NCBI GenBank assembly: GCA_963823385.1
Contig: CAWGLI010000002.1
Coordinates: forward strand, 310,708 to 374,707
Source: an uncultured Actinomycetes bacterium
Lineage (GTDB): Bacteria > Actinomycetota > Thermoleophilia > Gaiellales > Gaiellaceae
Length of the DNA: 64,000 nucleotides
Direction of reading: 5' to 3'
Shown here: piece after piece, positions 59,656-64,000 of the stretch
Position numbering within the stretch: the first letter of the stretch is position 1
Layout of the letters: the number at the start of each line of letters is the position of its first letter
The notes under the pieces: model-generated
Databases searched by the model: none
The model's input: the letters and a program-made list of their open reading frames with translations, nothing else
Told to the model about the DNA's origin: nothing
Made by a program: the position numbers and the translations under genes

Positions 59656-60241
59656 AGCGCTGCTGCGTCTCGGCGAGGCCTTCGCCGACGAGGCATTCCG
59701 CGGCGGCGCAGGCTCGGGTCACGATCGCGTCGACGTCGTCATCGGGCGCGAACGGCGACAGGACGTAGTCGGCCACGGGTCGTGGATCTCCGCGCCCCGG
59801 TCGCCCGACGCCAATCCGCAGCCGGAGGAAGTCCTGCGACCCGAGCCGCTCGGCGATCGACCGGAGCCCGTTGTGGCCTGCGAGCCCTCCACCAAACCGG
59901 GCTTGCACCCGGCCGACCGGCAGGTCGACGTCGTCGTGGACGACGAGCAGTGATTCCGGGGCCACCTTGAAGAAGCGCGCCGCAGCCTGGATGGAGCTGC
60001 CGGACTCGTTCATGTACGTCTCGGGCTCGAGCAGGGCGACCTTCGCCTCGCCGATCCGCGTCTCGGCAAGGCGCCCGGAGAACTTGCTACGGAACGACGC
60101 GGCGTGGAGCCGCGCCAACTCGTCGAGCACCATCCATCCGACGTTGTGCCTATCCGACCGGTGCTCGCGACCCGGGTTTCCGAGACCCGCGATCAGGTAG
60201 TCGAGCGTCGAGGCGGACCCGCCCCGGCGCAGGAGACGCAT
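59648..60241 (-). CDS. pth: Peptidyl-tRNA hydrolase
   Basis: GLGNPG, RHNVG, TYMNESG, HDDVD, GHNGL and RLRIGV motifs. Confidence 0.96.
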   Translation of the reverse strand: MRLLRRGGSASTLDYLIAGLGNPGREHRSDRHNVGWMVLDELARLHAASFRSKFSGRLAETRIGEAKVALLEPETYMNESGSSIQAAARFFKVAPESLLVVHDDVDLPVGRVQARFGGGLAGHNGLRSIAERLGSQDFLRLRIGVGRPGRGDPRPVADYVLSPFAPDDDVDAIVTRACAAAECLVGEGLAETQQRFN

Positions 60242-60979
60242 CTACTCGTCGGCAGCCGAGTCGTCGCCCGCCGCGGCGGCGGGTGGTGCCTCGCCGGCCT
60301 CGCCTGCGATCTCGGCGTCGACCATGACTTCGCCCTCTGCCGGCGCTTCGCCCTCTTCGCCCTCTTCGGCCTCGGTCGGTGCAAGCAGCTCTTCCAGCTC
60401 GGCCTCGCTCCGTGGCGCGGCGACGTTGGCGATGACGGTCCCCTCGGCGTCGTCGAGGAACGTGACACCGGCGATCAGCGGGAGCTCGGCGAGGCGGAGC
60501 GTGCCTCCGATGTCGAGCGCCGACACATCGGCCTCGATCCGCTCGGGGATCTCCATCGGCAGCGCTTCGACGTTCAGCTCGCGCACGACCTGGGTGAGCA
60601 CGCCGCCTGCAGCAACGCCGACGGACTCGCCGACGAGGTACACGGTGACGGCGGATTGGATCGGCCGATCGAGGCGCACCTCGTGGAAGTCGATGTGGGT
60701 CACCGTGCCGCGGATCGGATGCTGCTGGAGGTCTTTGAGCACCGCGTGGTGTGGGGTCGTCTGGCCCTCGATCACGACATCCACGATGGCGTGGAGGCCG
60801 CCTGGCCCCGTGAGAGCCGCGCGCAGCTCGCGCTCGCCGACGGCGATCGCGCGGGAGTGCCCATTGCCGTAGAGGACGCCCGGAATCAGGCCCTGCTTGC
60901 GCAGGCGGCGGACGGTCCGCGACCCGCGCTGGTCGGAACCGCGCTCCTGCACCTCGAGGATGACCCTGTCCTGTGACAC
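60242..60979 (-). CDS. rplY: 50S ribosomal protein L25/general stress protein Ctc
   Basis: RRLRKQGLIPGVLYG, QHPI and HIDF motifs; acidic tail. Confidence 0.93.
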   Translation of the reverse strand: MSQDRVILEVQERGSDQRGSRTVRRLRKQGLIPGVLYGNGHSRAIAVGERELRAALTGPGGLHAIVDVVIEGQTTPHHAVLKDLQQHPIRGTVTHIDFHEVRLDRPIQSAVTVYLVGESVGVAAGGVLTQVVRELNVEALPMEIPERIEADVSALDIGGTLRLAELPLIAGVTFLDDAEGTVIANVAAPRSEAELEELLAPTEAEEGEEGEAPAEGEVMVDAEIAGEAGEAPPAAAAGDDSAADE

Positions 60980-60987
60980 GGCGGCCG

Positions 60988-60993
60988 ATTGTA
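60988..60993 (-). promoter_or_regulatory. -10 element (TACAAT) of a probable leaderless rplY promoter
   Basis: TACAAT lies 8 nt upstream of the GTG start, with no SD. Confidence 0.55.
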
Positions 60994-61134
60994 GCGAAGC
61001 TCTCCTGCCGTGCAGGCGGTAGGCCGCCTCCCGTGCGGCTCGCACGGAGGTCTCCGAGAGCGCGTGACCTCTGAGGGTCGGCGCCCACCGACGGCAGAGT
61101 CGATCGCGACGGTAGGCGGGTAGGGTTGACATCA

Positions 61135-62055
61135 ATGACGAAGATCGTGCCGTTCGATACCACGCTGCTCGACGACGCCGCCGTGCTCCTCGCAGACCGA
61201 CATGCACGCCACCGCGCGGCCGAGCCGCTCCTCCCCGTGGTCACCGACTTTCCGGCACACGTCGAGGCGGCGCTCGCCGTCGACGGCGCAGCCGGGGCGG
61301 TCGCCCATCGAAACGGCCTCGTGCTCGGCTATCTGGTCGGAGCGCCGACCGGAACCGATCGCATCGAGGTCGGCTTCGCCGGGCATGCCGCAGCCGAACC
61401 CGAGGTAGCGCGCGATCTCTACAGCGCCCTGGCACAGGATTGGGTCGATGCCGGGCGATCGCGGCACGCGGTGTACCTCCCGGCATCGGAGCGGCAACTC
61501 GCGAACGCGTGGTTCAGGCTTGCCTTCGGGCTCCAGTTCAACACCGCCGTGCGCGAGGTCGGGCCCGTCCCGGAGATTGCGACGGACATTGCCGTCCGGG
61601 ACGGCCACCCAGGCGACCTCGACGCCGCGGCCGCCCTGGATCGCTCGCTGTTGGAGCACCAGGTGCGGGCGCCCAGCTTCAGCGGGTTGGACATGCCGCC
61701 CCACGACGCCTTTCGCGAGGACTGGGCGGACACGTGGTCGAGTCCCGCATTCACCCACTTCGTTGCGGAACGTGACGGCGCGGTGATTGGGCACGCGCTC
61801 ATGTACGTGCGGCCGACCGGTGACCTCCGCATTCCCGCGTCTTCGATCGACCTCGCCCACATGGCGGTCCTGCCGGACCAGCGAGGAAGCGGTGTGGGGC
61901 GGGCGCTCTTCGCGCACGTCATGCGCTGGGCGGACAGCGAGGGCTACGGCGTGATGACGACGGACTGGCGCAGCGTCAACCTGCTGTCCTCGCGCTTCTG
62001 GATTGCCCGTGGCTTCCGCCCGACGTACGACCGCGTCGCCCGATCGATTCCGTGA
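61135..62055 (+). CDS. GNAT family N-acetyltransferase
   Basis: AVLPDQRGSGVGRAL and NLLSSRFWIARGF motifs. Confidence 0.85.
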   Translation: MTKIVPFDTTLLDDAAVLLADRHARHRAAEPLLPVVTDFPAHVEAALAVDGAAGAVAHRNGLVLGYLVGAPTGTDRIEVGFAGHAAAEPEVARDLYSALAQDWVDAGRSRHAVYLPASERQLANAWFRLAFGLQFNTAVREVGPVPEIATDIAVRDGHPGDLDAAAALDRSLLEHQVRAPSFSGLDMPPHDAFREDWADTWSSPAFTHFVAERDGAVIGHALMYVRPTGDLRIPASSIDLAHMAVLPDQRGSGVGRALFAHVMRWADSEGYGVMTTDWRSVNLLSSRFWIARGFRPTYDRVARSIP

Positions 62056-62381
62056 TCGACGGCACGACCGAGCCGAGCCGAAGAGCTGGTTCTCGTGCGC
62101 TTGTGACGCCGGGTAACCGCTAGTCCAGACCGTGACGGTCTATGCGGGTTTGTGTCTGCCCCGGTTTCCTCTTTCTCTTCGATCTTGGCGACATCGTCGA
62201 CTCCTCATGGGGACGTCGACAGTCCACCCGGTCATCTGGGCGCCCACCAGCCGAAGCCGCCCACCCTGGGGGGCACGCGGGCGGCCACCGAGCCGCCCGC
62301 AGCCTTTCACCCGCAACTGAGACGCGGAAGCGGCCCAGACGCTCCAGCTCGTGCAGCCGGAGCCACGAGATCGCGGCGTTC

Positions 62382-62678
62382 CTACCCGCCCGCCGCCTCC
62401 TTCATGCCCCGCTCAAGATCCTCACCAGTCATCACGGGCGTGACCAGCACGGACGCACCGAGCTCTTGGAACATCGGCTCCACGATCGCCGGCAACTGCC
62501 ACGACCCCTCCATGTCGAAGACAAGGAAGGCCGTGCGGTTGCCGTTCTCCGGGAAGAAGTACATTGCCTCAGGCTTGAGAGCCTCTGCGGCAGCCTGAAA
62601 CGTCCGCTGCATCGCGCCGCTCTGGTACGCCTCGCTTCCCTTCTCCGCCGGGAAACTCGCCTTCACCAACATCCGCAT
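62382..62678 (-). CDS. Small conserved hypothetical protein (DUF3303/GYD-like)
   Basis: LKPEAMYF, RTAFLVFDM and VTPVMTGEDL; GAGG RBS. Confidence 0.7.
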   Translation of the reverse strand: MRMLVKASFPAEKGSEAYQSGAMQRTFQAAAEALKPEAMYFFPENGNRTAFLVFDMEGSWQLPAIVEPMFQELGASVLVTPVMTGEDLERGMKEAAGG

Positions 62679-62943
62679 GAGAATCCTCTCTCTCGTCAGC
62701 CGGGACCAACGGTCCCGATCAATACCGATCCTACGCCCCTGGCGCGAGAACACCCAAGTGGGTCACTGACGACAGGTTCCAACCGCGATGCTGCCTCGCC
62801 CCGTGCCGACTGGCACCCCCGTTTCGCGGAATGCGGGCGTCGCTCAGCTCGCGGCCGGGCATCTCGTCGCCGACTGACACGAGCAGGTCGCGGGCGCCGG
62901 CGCGGATGGCGTTCCGCCGGCGCCGCAGTACACCGTGCCCCAA

Positions 62944-64000
62944 CTAGAAGAGCTGGTTCTCCCCGGCGAAGATGGCGGACACCGAGTCGTCCGAGAAGAC
63001 GTTCCGGATCGTCTCGGCGAGGATGCCGGCGACGGACAGCACCTCGACGTTGTCGGGCTTCGTCCGCGGGTCGACCGGCACCGTGTCGGTCACGACGAGA
63101 CGGTCGATCTCGCTCGCCGCGATCCGCTCGATCGCTGGGCCGTTGAACAGCCCGTGGGTCGCGCAGGCGTAGACCTTGAGCGCCCCGGCCTCCTTGAGCG
63201 CGGCCGCACCCGCGACGAGCGTGCCGGCGGTGTCGACGATGTCGTCGCTCATCACGGCCACGCGCCCCTCGACGTCTCCGATCACCGTCGTCACCTTCGC
63301 CTCGTTGTGCTCGGGGCGCACCTTGTTGAGGATCACGAGCTCGCCGCCGATCATCTCGGCGAACTTCCCGGCGAGCTTGGCACGGCCGGTGTCGGGCGAG
63401 ACCGCTGCGAGCGGCTCCTCGAGGTTCAGGTCGCGGACGTACTGCGCGAAGAGAGGCACCGCAGTCATGTGGTCGACGGGGATCTTGAAGAAGCCCTGCG
63501 CCTGTCCGGCGTGGAGGTCCATGGTGAGCACGCGGTCGGCGCCGGCCGTCTGCAGGATGTCGGCCACGAGCCTCGCCGCGATCGCTTCGCGCGGCCGGGA
63601 CTTCTTGTCCTGGCGCGCATAGAAGTACCAGGGGACGACCGCGGTGATGCGCTTGGCGGACGCAAGCCGGGCCGCGTCGATCATGATCAGAAGCTCGATC
63701 AGGTGCGTATCGACCGGGTCACAGGCGGTCTGCACGATGAAGACGTCGTCGCCGCGGATCGAGCTCTCGTACCGACAGTAGGTCTCGCCGTTCGCGAACC
63801 GCTTCAGCGTGACGCCGCCGAGCTCGCAGCCGAGGTGATCGGCGATCTTCTGTGCGAGCCCGGGGTTCGAGCTCCCCGAGACGAGCGTGAGACGCTTCTG
63901 CGGGGAGAGACCGATCACGGAGCTCCCGGTCGCGATGTCGGTCCCGGATGACTGCCGGCGCTCGAGGCCGGGCAGCGCCTGCTCAATCGTCCCGCTTTCC
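62944..64000 (-). CDS. prs: Ribose-phosphate pyrophosphokinase (5' end beyond the window)
   Basis: FANGE, YARQDKK, DLHAGQ, VSPD.G and DDIVDTAGT motifs; the frame stays open to base 64000. Confidence 0.96.
   Translation of the reverse strand, partial: ESGTIEQALPGLERRQSSGTDIATGSSVIGLSPQKRLTLVSGSSNPGLAQKIADHLGCELGGVTLKRFANGETYCRYESSIRGDDVFIVQTACDPVDTHLIELLIMIDAARLASAKRITAVVPWYFYARQDKKSRPREAIAARLVADILQTAGADRVLTMDLHAGQAQGFFKIPVDHMTAVPLFAQYVRDLNLEEPLAAVSPDTGRAKLAGKFAEMIGGELVILNKVRPEHNEAKVTTVIGDVEGRVAVMSDDIVDTAGTLVAGAAALKEAGALKVYACATHGLFNGPAIERIAASEIDRLVVTDTVPVDPRTKPDNVEVLSVAGILAETIRNVFSDDSVSAIFAGENQLF

Noticed and set aside
62680-62943. Non-coding region after prs with GTGCC/GGCAC mini-palindrome and faint similarity to 6540-6600
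   Set aside because: The similarity is limited to 7-8-nt words, with no recognisable RNA family or repeat.

Overview
High-GC actinobacterial chromosome segment. Thermoleophilia/Gaiella-like affinity is an inference from gene content and style, not a database result. From left to right: (1) 1-5.8 kb holds a cupin, a probable UxxC selenoprotein peroxiredoxin-like gene, an SDR, a heliorhodopsin, two CtaG-type genes and a flavin amine oxidase. (2) About 5.9-18 kb is an accessory region where unrelated small genes (arr, GFA, nitronate monooxygenase, DUF2182, two DUF1326, cupin, phosphotransferase, membrane proteins) are separated by 11 same-orientation copies of a 28-bp motif (consensus TGCGCSAGCGTGCGGGAATGTCCCYTGA) that sit in imperfect hairpins. 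This looks like an integron-like cassette array with non-attC sites and no integrase in view. One copy is split by an IS110 element whose non-coding end carries bridge-RNA-like guide segments matching the repeat and the element's own ends. (3) 18-33 kb holds a B12 diol dehydratase (fused large+medium subunit, plus small subunit) divergent from a sugar-acid/glycolate catabolic cluster. (4) 33-64 kb is mostly housekeeping: MFS, CNNM/CorC, MBL hydrolase, cysH-cysD-cysN, a LexA-boxed radical SAM gene, a two-component pair, ferredoxin, an L,D-transpeptidase-tlpA-ccmH-ccdA operon, DUF501-ftsB-pyk-eno-mazG-prsA-mfd, pth-rplY, a GNAT and prs (partial). Four genes carry single-base frameshifts, probably assembly errors. 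No tRNA, rRNA or CRISPR array was seen.
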